The position numbers were made by a program, and so were the translations under genes. The notes beneath the pieces were generated by a model. The model saw nothing but the letters and a program-made list of their open reading frames with translations. It did no database searches and was not told where the DNA came from. DNA of 64,000 nucleotides from Dictyostelium discoideum (lineage: Eukaryota): the NCBI GenBank assembly GCA_000004695.1, contig CM000155.2, forward strand, positions 2,432,001 to 2,496,000, in the 5' to 3' direction. Below are positions 1 to 15,549 of this stretch, one piece after another (within the stretch, counting starts at the first letter, position 1; each line of letters opens with the position of its first letter).

Positions 1-1958
1 TCATTTTGATGTCTTTGATCAACAGTTGAATTTGATTGTGGAGATGATTTACCAGAGAGATTAATATTGACAAAAAGTAATTCTGAATTAACATCTTGAC
101 GATATTTTGAAAGGATATTACCTCTATGTGGTTCAATATCGAGTTCAATTTCTCTATCACAAAGAATTAAGATATTATCAACTTTTGATTTTGGTAATAA
201 GAATTGATCAATTAAAACATCAGTTGGGAAAGTTGGTGGGTAGGAACTATTTTCTTCACCATAGACTGTTGTGATTGTATTTTTTAAGGATTTCATATTC
301 TCCAAGATTGAATTTGATTGTAACTCTTGAACTTTGAAAAAGGTTTGAGTGTATTCATTTGGTTTGTAACCAACTAAATAGAGATCACATTCCTCACAAA
401 TGTATTTACACATTAAGCTAAGTAATAATGATGACTCTACCATTGTATATTTACCAGTAGTATTTGATTTACAAACTTTATCACTATCACCACTATTTAC
501 ATAACAAAATACAACGGTTTTACCACGAATTGGTTTAACATTATGAATGGTTGATAATTTTACAGAGGTATCCAAAGCTTGTCTATAATTTGCGAATAAA
601 TCTGCTGGTGGGAAATATTGAATCTTTGTTTTCTTCTCTGTAGACCATTTCTTCAACTCTTCAATATCCTTTGGAATAGCATCATAGGCAGCCAAGAATC
701 TAAGTGGGAATTGTTTGGAATGAGCAATGGTTTGGTCATTTGTGAGTTTGGAAATGATTTGTTTATGTATTGATGCTGGTACACCAGTGATAATCATATT
801 ACGAAGATTTCTTAACATTGCCATGAATGGAAGTTTATTATTTGTCATTAATTCCTCCCATGTTTCACTATTGTTACCTTTGGCAGAAACCATTGTTTCC
901 CAAGTCTCTGGAATTGGTAATCTCATACGTTTACCAGCACGTTCTGGTTCAAATTGACCTGGTAATTTATTCTTTATAAATTCCTCATAGGTTTGTGGAT
1001 ACTTTTTACCAAGAATTGACATAATATTATAGGTTGGTGATGAAATATGTAAAACTCTTATCAAATTCTTTAATGATGAACTTTGATTATTCTTTGAGTT
1101 TGTTGTTAATTCTTCCTTTTGTTCTGGATTCTTTTTAATCATATCCTTTAACTTCTTTCTTCTTCTCTTTATCTTTCCTTCAGTATTATATTTACCTAAT
1201 TGATAAGTATCAAATTGTGAAAATTTTTCAACCATAACATTTCTTAATGATTTTGGAATATTGTTTGATCTTAAATAAAAAAAAATAAAAAAAAAAAAAA
1301 GAAATTTTTTTAACTAATATTAGTATTGATATTTTTTTTTTTTTTTTTTTTTTTTTAATAATAAAACTTACTCTGTAATTTTTGATAAAATTGTTGGTAA
1401 TTCTAACCAATCGGATGGAATTTTAATTAAATGATTAAAATAACGTTTTAAGTATGGTTGAGTTGTTGGTATTAATGATGCTAAACAAATGAGATAGTTT
1501 GCAACAGTACGAATACCTAATTCATCACGAGTATAAAGAATTAACTTTAAGATGAATTCTGGATCATAATATGATAGTGTATAAACACTTGTCATAATTG
1601 ATTCCAATGTTGGTGTTAAATAATTAACTCTTGGTTCTTTGATCATTGATGCTGAAACTACATTAATTAAACTTAATTTTAATTGTCTAATTTCTTCTGC
1701 ACCTTTGAAATCGATTGGTGAATCTTTAAGAATTTTAAAAAATTCACTTTGTTTCTTATTATTTGATGGTTGTTTTTCTTCGAAATCATTATTATCGAAA
1801 CTTGATGTTGGTTTTGTTGTTTTAGAAGATTGCGAATCATTTGCTGCTGTTCTTGGTGCCCCTCTAATTGGTGCTCCTCTATTTGATGAACCACCTCTTA
1901 CCATTGGTCTACCTCTAACAGAACTTCCTCTGCCTCTACCACGTGCAATACCACTCAT
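1..1958 (-). CDS. Ro60-like TROVE-domain ribonucleoprotein with a vWA-like C-terminal part. The N-terminus is complete (ATG at 1958) and the 3' end runs off the window start. Two exons, 1372..1958 and 1..1269; the intron at 1270..1371 has donor GTAAGT and acceptor TTTAAG.
   Basis: Minus-strand ORF MSGIARGRGRG... (196 aa) ends exactly at a GTAAGT donor. After a 102-bp AT-rich intron the frame continues open to position 1. Motifs AMLRNLRNMI, FPLRFLAAY, GKTVVFCYVNSGDS, NILILCDRE and LSKYRQDVNSELLFVNINLSG appear in the same order as Ro60 motifs LLRNLGKM, HPFHILIA, GKRFLLAVDVSASM, DVFIVFTDNE and [23 protein letters not shown], recalled from memory. There is an extra N-terminal RG-rich extension of about 100 aa. 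Confidence 0.55.
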
Positions 1959-2757
1959 TGTTGAATTGATAATAAAGTTTTTTTTTTAAGAGAATAAAAT
2001 TTTTTAAAAAAAAATAATATTTATATAAATAAAAAATTGAACTTTTTTTTTTTTTTTTTTTTTCTTTTGCCTAATTGAATATTTAAAGAAAAAAAAATAA
2101 ATAAAATATACAAGTTCAAAATAATTGATAAAATATTATTGGGAAAAAAAAAAAAAAAAAAAAAAAAAATTTAAAATAAAAAACCATTTGAAAAAAAAAA
2201 AAAAATAGAAAAAGATCAGAAAAAATATCTTTTTTTTTTTTGATAAATTTTTCAAAAAAAAAAAAAATAAAAAAAAAAAAAAAAAAAAAAAAAGATATTT
2301 TCATTTCATCATTAATGAAAATTACACAACCATTTAATTTTATTTATTTTTATTTTTAATTTAGTTTATGTAAATTGAAAACTCAATCATTTTTTTTTTT
2401 TTATCCAAAAATTTTATTTTTTAGAATTAGATTATTAGTCATTCATTTTTTATAATTGTTTTTTTTAATTCTGAGAAACAATAACAGGGAATTTTTTTTT
2501 ATACACGAAAAAATAGATTTTAAATAAAAAAAAAAAAAAATTTATTTGGTTGATTTGAAAAATTTTTTTTTATTTTTGGATGTTTGAAAAAATAAAAATA
2601 ATCCAGATTTAAAAAAAATATTAAAAAATAAATAAAATATAAAAAAAAAGGTAATAACTATTTAATAATTAATTAATTTTAGTATTTGTTACAATACTAA
2701 AAGTTTAATTTTTATTTTATTTTTATTTTGTTTTTATTTTTTATTTTTTTATTTATT

Positions 2758-4649
<1,892 letters not shown>

Positions 4650-4965
4650 TTTATTTATCTAATCTTATTTTATTTTATTTTATTTTATTAATTAACTTAT
4701 TAATTTATTTTATTTATTTATTTATTTATTTATTCATTTATTTATTTTTTTTTTTTTACTATGAAAGATAATATAAAATAAAAAAATATAAAATAAAATA
4801 AAAAAATAAAATTAAAATAAAATGCGATAAAAAAAGCTAAGCGTGAAAAAAAGAAAATAAAAAAACGAAAAAATTTAAAAAATAAAAAATATCTTTTTTT
4901 TTTCGCTTAAGCACAAACCGACAAGGGTTTTTTTTTTTAGTTAAAAATTAGTACTAGTTTATTTT

Positions 4966-4997
<32 letters not shown>

Positions 4998-5564
4998 TTT
5001 TTTTTTGTTTATTCATATATCTAAACACAAATATGGGGATGATGATTACTTTGTTACAAATAAAATTTTAATTATATTTTTATATAACATTTATATTTAA
5101 TATTAATAATAATTGGAAAAATAATAAACTTTAAATCCATTTTCTATGGTTTACATTATGAATTTCATTGTTATATTAAATAAAATCAACTATTAATAAC
5201 GGAAATAAATTAATTAAAACAAAAGAAAATAATTATCGAGATCCATAGAGTTATATGATAATGATGATGACTTCCAATTGAAAGTGTAATTTCACATTAT
5301 TACTTTTGAAAAGATAATGATGAAGTTGTAAATTTAGATTAATTTTTCAATTTTAGAAAGAGATGGACATTGTAGAAGAATTGTTGGTATATCTAGAACT
5401 GTTAAGAAATTACCATTAGATTTTAAAAAATAGTTTTTCACCGACAAGGGCTTTTTTTTTTTTTTTTTTTGTTAATAAATAAAAGTTTAGTTTATTATAT
5501 TTTTTATATTATTATTATAATCATTATTATAATTATAATTATTATACTTATTATTATTATTTTT

Positions 5565-5595
<31 letters not shown>

Positions 5596-5666
5596 TTTTC
5601 TTTTTTTTTTTTTTTCTTGGTTATTATTGATAGATTAAACAATAATTTGAGATTGAGTTGATTTTA

Positions 5667-5700
<34 letters not shown>

Positions 5701-5703
5701 ATT

Positions 5704-5734
<31 letters not shown>

Positions 5735-5738
5735 TTAT

Positions 5739-6596
5739 TTAATTTGATGGATCTACAAAAGCTTTAATTGATAAATAAGTACCCAAGATAGTTGCCATAA
5801 TACCAAAGATAGTAATAGTGATATGGAAAACTTTCCAAGGAATAGCTTGTTGAGGGAAAAATCTTAAAGAGAGTAATGGTGGTACAACGAAACCAGCGAC
5901 AGCCAACATTAAAGAACCAATGAGTGAAGTGTAATTACCAAAGTTTGTAACGGCAGAAGCGATACCAGCCAACATACTACAAAAGACGATACGGATTAAA
6001 TAAAATTTCCAATTTCTTGAAAAGAATGGAGTTTTCACAGAAGAACCATCCAATTCTGGGAATGCATTGAAATGATGATGGAAAATTTGAATTGATGAAT
6101 CTACAACATTTAAACCAGCTGCGAAAATCAATGGGAATGAACATGACAATTCCAACACGACGCAAACCTTTACAATATTTGCGAAAATTCCGTTTGGTAA
6201 TACATCGACGATTGCAGATGGAATACCACCAGAAATGAAATTATAATAAAGGTAACATAACACTGCAAATGCAACATTAATCACTGTAATGAAAATCATA
6301 GCAAAATTCAATACATTTGGATATCTCTTATTATCACCACTTGCATGACTAACTGGAATTACAACGATATGATTGCAAAAGAAGAATGCTGCATTTCCAA
6401 ACCATAATGGTATTTGCTTGAAATCAAATGTATAATCTGAAAGTGGATGAACATGGTTATCCTTTATACCATAAATTACAATTGTAAACATTGCTAAAAT
6501 TAATGACAATGCTCCAAAAATTGATGTAAATCCTAAATATTTCCTGAAAAAATTTATTATTAATTATTAATGATAATAATGATGATGATGATGATA

Positions 6597-6658
<62 letters not shown>

Positions 6659-7363
6659 AATGATAATGATGATAATGATGATAATGATAAACTTACATAT
6701 CAGTTAAAAATGTTAATAATAAAATAAAAGGTAAAACAATCCAAATCATTGGAATGTAACCAATTTTTGTAAAATAATCAATATTTTGACCAATTAAAAT
6801 GAGATATGAAACACAAATACTCATTGTAACTAAAAAGTTCATAAAACATACAAATAATTCACCAACTCTTCCAAATGCTCTTTGTGCAATATCTGCATAG
6901 CTTGGTTTCTCTGGCCCAATTCTATCTTGAGTCATTTGAATCGAACATTTTAATAATATATTCATTGTATAATTTGATAATATTGAAATTAATACTAAAC
7001 CAATTGATCCAATCCATAAACCTGCATGTGTCATTGCACCACTATTATTAATTATAAACTATTAGTATATTGGTATACCTAATATATATATGTGATGAGT
7101 GAGTGAGTGAGTGAGTGAATAAGTGATTATTAAATATATACATACGGTAATGCAAAGGAACCAGCACCAGCAAACGCCTTTACTGTATTCCAAAATGATG
7201 GTATTGGTGCATATTTCTTTTCTACTTCGTACGTTTCATTATTTATTAATGGTGTTGATTCTGATGAATGTCTATTTATCACACCATTGTTATTATTGTT
7301 ACCAATAATCATACCTCCGCCCCCTTGGCTATTACTACTACTATTTCTTGAGTTATAAGCCAT
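5739..7363 (-). CDS. Amino-acid transporter of the Aa_trans / AAAP family (SLC36/38-like, vacuolar type). Three exons: 7146..7363, 6697..7041 and 5739..6543.
   Basis: The N-terminal exon (MAYNSRNSS...GAGSFALP) ends at CC|GTATGT and the second exon starts after AATAATAG. The join reproduces the family spacing: LP-GAMTH-AG-LWIG-SIGL compared with SLC36A1 LP-LAVKN-AG-IVMG-PISL, followed by NILLKCS. Exon 2 ends AT|GTAAGT. Intron 2 (6544..6696, containing (GAT)n) ends TTTTTTCAG. Exon 3 encodes multiple TM helices through to a stop at 5739. Confidence 0.8.
6551..6690. repeat. (GAT)n / (GATAAT)n microsatellite in intron 2 of the amino-acid transporter gene.
   Basis: GATGATGATGATAATGAT... over about 140 bp. 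Confidence 0.8.
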
Positions 7364-7683
7364 CCTGTATTATATATACTATATTGTTATATTGTTATTG
7401 TTATATTTCTATATTACTGTGTTTATTGTTACTTTTATTGTCGTTTATTTGATACTAAAAAAAATATCTTTTTTTTTTTTTTTTTTTTTTTCTTTAAAAA
7501 TGTATAGTTTCTATCTATCTATATTATAATCGATTTTTCGCTATAATTTTGAATTTTCTTTTTCTTTGTAACTTTACTACAATTTATTATAATTAAATAA
7601 AAAAAAAAAATAAAAAAAAGAGTTATATGAAAATTAATAAAAAATAAAAATAAAAATTAAAAAAATAAAAAATTTTTATAACA

Positions 7684-7731
<48 letters not shown>

Positions 7732-7948
7732 AAAAAAATAAAAAATAAAAATTTAAAAGATAATAATTATTACATTAATATTTTATTTGTTTTTATTTTT
7801 TTTTTAATTTTAAAATTTAAATTTTTAAAAATTAAAAAAAAAAAAAAAAAAAGAGAGATTTTAAAAAATAATTATGTTTATACATACATGGGGGGGGGAT
7901 TTGTTTGACAATTGAAAAATGATTCCCTGGGAACCGATTTTTTTTTTA

Positions 7949-7990
<42 letters not shown>

Positions 7991-8421
7991 TTTTTTTTTA
8001 TTTTGGTTTCAATTTTAATTGAAGCATTGAAAACTACTTTCTTTTTTCTCAGTTTTTTTTTCATTAAAATTATTTTTTATATTTAGAAAAAAAAAAAAAT
8101 AATTAAAAAAAAAAAAATTTAAGTTATCGGGGTGGTTTGGATTTTAAAGGATACTGAAAATTGTATTGATTTTTCCTGAATTTCCTTATTTTTTATTTTA
8201 AAATAAAAAAAAAAAGATTTTTTTTAAAAAAAAAAAAAAAACTTTAGTTATTTTTCTTAGTTTTTATTTTAATAAAAATTATTTGTTTAAATTAAATAAT
8301 AAACTATTATTAATATTTGAAATTGGTTTATTTTTTATTTTTTATTTTTTTTTTTATTTTCTCAATATCACTAATTAGCACAGCATTATGATAATTCATC
8401 AATATTTTCCAAAATTTAATT

Positions 8422-8457
<36 letters not shown>

Positions 8458-9118
8458 CTTTTAAAAACATTTTTGGAAATAAAAAATAAAAAAAATTATA
8501 AAAATAAAAAAAATAAATTAATAATCAAAAGTCAAAAAGTCATAAAAAAAAAAATTAAAAAAAGGATAACTTTTGGTCATCTGATTTCATTCCTATTTAT
8601 TCAAAAATATGGAAAGGATTTTTTTTTTTTTTTTTTTTTTTATATAATATGAAATAAAAAAATATTGTTAATTTATTTATCCCAATTAAAAATTAATTAA
8701 AAAAAATTTTCTTACTTTTTATAAAAAAAAAAAAAGAAAAAAAAAAAAGGTTAATTTAAAATGGCTTAAAATATGGTTAAATTTCTTTTTACTTAATTAA
8801 AAAAAAAAAAAAAAAAATTCCATAAAAAATATAATAATGGATATTAACTTTATGATTTTTGGTTTAAAATTTAAAATTTAATTATTAAAAATAATTCCTA
8901 AGATGTTATGAGACTTTGCTGATATGATATGAGGTCAATTATGATAAAACTTTGGGTTGGTCTCTTGAAATTTAAATTTAAAAAAAAGAAAAAAAAAAAA
9001 AAAAGAAAAAAAAAACCAATATCGGTGAGTCGTCCGCCCAATAAACAAAATATCTAAATCCACACGTCGTTTCTTAGGACAGTTTTAATTGAAAATGTAT
9101 ATTATATGTCCAAAGAAT

Positions 9119-9152
<34 letters not shown>

Positions 9153-9442
9153 AAAACAAATTAAAATAAAAATAAAAAATAAACAAAAACAATGTTGATT
9201 TATAAATTTTTTTTTTTTAAAAATAGTAATATCACAGAGGATGATGCACTCTTTATTTTTATTTTTATTTTTTTTTATTTTTTTTTATTTTTTTTATTTT
9301 TTTGGGATCACTCGCGGATTATAAGGAAATTAAATAAATTTGCTTTGCAGCGAAAACAAAACTTGTATTTTAAATCTCCAATCAGGGTGGCCAACCCTTA
9401 AATTTTACAAAATGATTAAAAAAAAAAAAAAAAAAAATTTTT

Positions 9443-9494
<52 letters not shown>

Positions 9495-9944
9495 TTGAAA
9501 AATTCTTTTTTTTTTTTTTTTTTTTTTTTTTAATAAAAAAAAAAACACTGACAAAAAATAAAGGTGTAAAAAAGTGATCTTTGTTTTGTTTTTTTTTTTT
9601 TTTTTATTTTTATTTTTCATTTTTTTTTTAAACCTTTTAATAATTTTTATTAGTACATATTTATAATTATCCTATTTTTAGAAACCCAAACAAGAAGATA
9701 AAAAATATTTTTTTTTTTTGAAAAAATTGTACATATAAAAAAAAAAAAAAAAAAAAATTTATTATTTATCAAATCCCCTTTAAATCACTTTGCCTACCTT
9801 TTATTTATTTTTATTTATTCTTAAAAAAAAAAAAAAAAAAAAAACAAAAAAAAAAAACAAAAAGAAAAAAACAAAATAAACAATAATAATAAACTAGTAT
9901 CAGTATAATAATAACAAAAAAAAAAAAAAAAAAAGAAATCGAGA

Positions 9945-10643
9945 ATGAATAATAATGATATGGATCAAAAAGCTAAAGAATTACAAAATGTTCTTGAACA
10001 ATTCTATTTAACAACTGATAATCCAAAACGTAAAGAAATAGGTATGTAATAACTATAATAACTATAATAACTATAATCATTATGAAAATATATATATATA
10101 TATATAATATTATTTTTTGTGTGTATTTTTTTTTTTTTGTTTTTATTATTTTTTTTTTCCTTTTTTTTTTTTTTCCTCTTTAAAAATAATTAAACAATTA
10201 TTTGATAAAAGAGTGGTGGTAGTGGTAGTGTGTCAAAAAAAAAAAGAGAGAGAGGAAACTGTGTTTAGTGGAATTTTTTTTAAAAAAAAAAAAAATTTTT
10301 TAAAAAAAAAAAAAAAATAATGCCAAGGTGCACGAGTTTACTAACTTTAAAAATTTCTTTCAACCATACCAACCATCGATCAACTTATACTCATTATTAT
10401 TTTAGATACCATTTTAAATAATTATAAAGCTCAATCAGATTCATACGAGCATGTACAATATTATTTAGTTCATAGTGATAATCAATATGTAATTTGGTTC
10501 TCATTATCAGTGATTGAAGATAAGGTCAATAAAGCATGGAATAGTATTTCTGCATCAAGTCAAACTCAAACTAAAGGTTTATTACTTGATATATATTTAA
10601 ATAAAACTGGTGCAAATAGTAATAGTACTGTTAAGGTAATTTC

Positions 10644-10699
<56 letters not shown>

Positions 10700-12088
10700 C
10701 TTTATATGTAAACTAATATAAAATTTCCAATTAAAAATAAAATTTTTAAAAAAATAGAATGTATTACCTCAATTTATTATTTCCAAATTAGGACAAGTCA
10801 TAGCTGATATTGGTAGATATGAATTTGAATCAAATCCACAAAGTTATCTTTTAAATATTACAAGTATAGTTAGAGTATGTGTATTTTTTTTTCTTTTTTT
10901 TAATCTATATATATTTTTTTAAACTTTTTTTTTTTTTACTAATAATAATACTTTTTAATAATATAAATAGAATCCATCAACAAGTATTAGAGGTATAAAT
11001 TTATTACAATGTATTTCAGATTCATTTACAACTAATAAAAAGGTGATTTCACAACAAAAAAAGACAACATTAAAGAAATTATTACATCAAAATTCACCAA
11101 TCATCATTCAAGTTCTTGTTGATTGTCTTGGTCAATTATTTGATCAAAATGCAGAGAAAAAGTTTAAACATGCTAATTTATTGGCTTTTCATGTTGGTTC
11201 ACCAGATACAAATACATACACAGCCTCATTCAATGCAGAATCAAAGAATTTAACCAAAGCAGTATTTGGTAAGTGTTTTTTTTTTTTTTTTTTTTTTAAT
11301 AATACCACACTCCACTCCACACACTTTTTTTTATTTTTTTTTTTATTTTTATTAATTATTTATTTATTTATTTATTAAAATATAGATGCATTATTAAGTT
11401 ATTTTACATGGGTACCATTAAGTGATTTATTAGTACCAAGTTTATTTGATATTTTATTTAAATATTTAAGATTGGATAAGAATAGTATACCAGCATTAGA
11501 ATGTTTAAATGAAATAGTATCAAAGAATTTAGTACCAAAAGGATTTGAATCATTTTTGATGCGTATATTCCATCAAGTTTATTCATTGTTAACTGATATA
11601 GTATCGAATGGTGGTCAACAAATCAATCAATATCATCCAGAGTTTTTAAATAAGTTCACTCAATTCATTCAAATCTTTATCAATAATCATTTGGGTAGAA
11701 TTGAAACCAATCCAAACTTTCCAATACCAGATTTCCTTGGATTGTTATTCCAATATAGTTTTTTCCAAACACAACCAGAATCATTTTTACAATGTATTGA
11801 TATTTGGTCAACATTTTTAGATTATCTCATAAATTTATCCCAAGAGAATGGTACACCACCACCCTCAAAATATACAGATGGTCTCTTATTGTTCCAATCG
11901 GAATTGGTTAAAAGAATTTTATATATTTTTAATAATAATACCCTCTCAGAGTTGGATGATGAAGATAAAGAAATCAATGAAAATGGTATCTCTGAAACTC
12001 AATTAGAATCTTATATTAAAAAATCAATTGAAGTAGTTGCAAAAGTAACTGAATTATATCCTGAAAAAAGTTTAGAAAATTTAGTATG

Positions 12089-12119
<31 letters not shown>

Positions 12120-14355
12120 TTATTTTGTTTCAACAATATACTCATTCTATCAAATCATCTATATATTATGTATACTAACTCAATTTTATTTTATAATTTT
12201 TTTAGTATCCATTATTTACACAAAATGTAACATCATTCTTTTGTAAAGCTGAAGAATCAATTAAACAAGGTGTTTCAATGGAGAATGAACAACAATTTCA
12301 ATATTTGGTAAAGGATGTAACAACAATTCTTCATCTCTTTGGAAGACTTGCTGACCAATTTGTTGTTTCATTTGCTCAAACTTTTACTGCTGCAAACTTT
12401 ATATTTCAAAAATTATTGGATATGTGTTTATTCTCTGTAAATCAATACATTTATAAATTTGGTAGTGATTGGGAAAAATTGTATTGTATCATTTTTTTTA
12501 TTTTTTTTATTTTTTTTATTTTTTTTATTTTTTTTTTTTTTGAAAATACTAACATTTTTATTATTATTATTACAGACAAATCGAATTATTATGTACAATT
12601 AGATCATTTTGTTTTTGGTTAGCAGAATATGGTAATCAAGTTAGAGCAATAGTTGGTCAACAACCAGATTTCGATAGTAATATCACCAAATTAATTAGTA
12701 TCATAGTACCATTATTTGAACGTAATGCACCAGAGAGTATTTTAAGCTCTGCTGGTAAATTATTAATGTCATTGGCTACAATTTCAAAACCCTTAAATTT
12801 ATTCACTCAAATGGATATGTTAATTAGTAATATTCATAACATTTGTGCTCCATTATCTCCATCAATTCAATCTATATTATATCCAGCTATATCCTGTACA
12901 ATTTTATTACCACCTTCAAATGTTAATTTATCACAACAAGTAAGTTTTGTTTTTTTTTTTTTTTTTTTAAAAAAAATACAATTAACTAATCAATTTATAA
13001 AAAAAAAAAAAAAAAAAATTAATTATAGTGGGATCAAAGAAGACCAAAATATTCACCATTTATTAAAGGTATTACAGCATCATTTTTAGAGATTCCACAA
13101 ATTCCAAATTTTGTTGAAGGTAAAATATTTTGTAAAGAAGAGTTGATTCAAAGAGTATTAAGAGTTTTAAAGGTTGTTACTGCAATCATTAGGACTGTAC
13201 CAGAAGTTACTCAAGCAAAGAGTATTTTACATGATGGTATTCAAGATACCTTAAAAGTTACTTTAGGTTTATTTAGAGTTTATATTAGTTATCCAAGTAT
13301 GTACATTATATAATAATAATTATTTTATTTTCTAAAAAAAAATATTTATTAATTCTAAATTTTTTTTTTTTCATAATAATAATAGTCGTATTGGAAGCTA
13401 TTTTAGACTTTTTCTTTGTATTGTTTGAATTTTTAAAAGCACAAGTTGGTGTTGTTTTTACCCAACAAACAATTTCGTATGTATTTACATTTATTTTTAT
13501 GAATGATGAAAAAGAAAATATATTAATAATTTTTTTTTTATTTAATTTAAACAGAACATTTTTAGATATTTTAGGAGGTGATAATTTAAATCAATTATTA
13601 AGTAGTGGTAATGATACAGGTATTTCAATTATAAAGAAATTAATAGAGATTCTTACATTTATAGTTCAACAACCAGGTAATAGTTTTGAAAGTTTATTAG
13701 GATCAACAATCGAATTTTCAATGGAGAAATTATATCCAATGATTGCAAATACCTCATCAGTATTAAGATCACCATTTTTCACATTACTTTATAGCATATT
13801 GGATAATCATTGGAAACAATGTCAACAAATTCAAATCAATAGTATATTAACATCATTCCAATCAATTTTCAAACAAAATGATGTAAATTTATTCAAACAA
13901 AACTTGGATCATTTTGAAAAATTAAATTCAAAATTAAAACTCTATGAAAAGATCTCTTCAATGGAACCTGTCTTTGGTTGTTCTTTCATTAGTATGTTTT
14001 TCGATGTTTTAATCTCTGATACTCAATCAGTACACACTGATGATATCATTGTCACAATTTATAGATTCGCTTCTCTAAACTTTGATAAATTCTTTAATGA
14101 GGTAAGTAGTATTTTTTAAAATTAAAAAAAAATATAAAATAAAAAAATATTCAAAGGTATTAATTCATTTATTTATTTTTTTTAACAATAATTTAGTTTT
14201 TCACAACATTTTTGGTTCAAAAGAATCAATTATCAAATGAACAAAAACAAATTTTAAGATCAAATTTTTCAAATGCAATAGATCAACCAACCTTTTCAAC
14301 AAATATGACACAATTTATTAATGATTTTTCATATTTTTCTTTTATCAACAGTTAA
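9945..14355 (+). CDS. Exportin of the importin-beta superfamily, most likely exportin-6, with 11 exons. Exons: 9945..10041, 10406..10635, 10758..10874, 10971..11268, 11386..12083, 12206..12480, 12576..12939, 13029..13296, 13386..13476, 13555..14101 and 14197..14355. Predicted length is about 1,047 aa.
   Basis: All introns have GTATGT/GTAAGT/GTAATT donors and AT-rich ...AG acceptors, and the phases are consistent across every junction. The N-terminus (LEQFYLTTDNPKRKEIDTILNNYKAQSDSYEHVQYYLVHSDNQYVIWFSLSVIEDKVNKAW ... IISKLGQVIADIGRYEFE) matches the importin-N signature. It is close to human XPO6 as recalled (TTNERKREIEELLNNF ... NDYVMMYSLTVFENLINKMW ... IRNKLCKVIVDIGRQDWP). The ORF-track fragments 11472.., 12278.., 12766.. 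and 13391.. are internal exons of this gene. Confidence 0.75.
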
Positions 14356-14844
14356 ATATTCATGGTAAATAATAAACATCATCACGCCACTAATAAAAAT
14401 AATAATAAAAAAATAATAATAATAATAATAGTATACATCATCCAAATTATCTAAAAATTCGTAAATATAACCAACCCTCTGTCAATTATAATATCCAATT
14501 AAAAAAAAAAAAAAAAGAAAGAAAAAAAAAAAAAAAGAAAAAAAAAAGAAAAAAAAAATAATAATAATTATACATATATATATCATGCAAATACAAAAAT
14601 GAATGAATTCAAAAAAACAAAAAAACAAAAAAACATAAAAAAAAAAAAAATACCATAAAAATAGGGATCTTTAAATAAAATCCTCAAATCATTTCAAATA
14701 ATATACAAATAAAAAAAAAAAAAAAATAAAATAAAAAAAAACAAAAATAAAGAATAAAAAAAAAAAGATAAACAAAAAAAACAAAAAAAAAAAATTATAA
14801 ATCTTATATATAACATTTATAAATTTTAATTTTAATTTATTTTA

Positions 14845-15502
14845 TTATTGCATAAGTTTATGTTTATTTAATTCTACATTCTTTGAATACCTAAAACTAT
14901 AAAATTTATAAGTTTCTGGTCTCTGTTTTGTTCCATAATTTCCTAAAAATTGTTGATCAACTGGAACAATATGATTCTCAAATCCTCTTTTTGTCATTTC
15001 ATCAATAAAATATGAGACACCCTAATTAAAACAAACAATAAAATAAAATTAGAAATTAGAAATTAGAAATTAGAAATTAGAAATTAGAAATTAGTTATAC
15101 ACTTTTGTATTTCCAGGTTTTCTTTTTTTTTTTTTTTTTTTTTTTAAAAAAATAATAATTACATCTCTGTCATCTGATAAAATTTCATAAAAAATACCAT
15201 CCTCTTTTAAAAACTTTTGAATAACTTTAATTAAATTGCCAACACTTAACATTGAATAAGTTAATTCACTTCCAAAAATAATATCATATTTTGTATCATC
15301 TGTATTTGTATCAATTTCATCCCAATTTAAATTAATAACTTTAGTTTTATTTCTTATATTTTCTAAATCTAATGATTTATCAACACTATTTGCTTCTTCA
15401 TCATCACTATCAAATCCATCTTGTTGTTTTGCATTTAATTCAATATTATATTTTAAATTTTCAACTAACTAATAATAATAATAATTAAATAAATAAACAA
15501 AT

Positions 15503-15549
<47 letters not shown>

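Noticed and set aside
727-957. 76-aa plus-strand ORF.
   Set aside because: It lies antisense inside the Ro60-like coding exon. It has no splice context or motif and is a chance ORF.
1228-1410. Poly-Lys and poly-Phe ORFs, here and at 2116..2304, 9192..9620, 10117..10320, 26863..27057, 27410..27670, 30557..31103 and 31519..31740.
   Set aside because: They are translations of intergenic or intronic poly(A)/poly(T) homopolymers. There is no codon structure.
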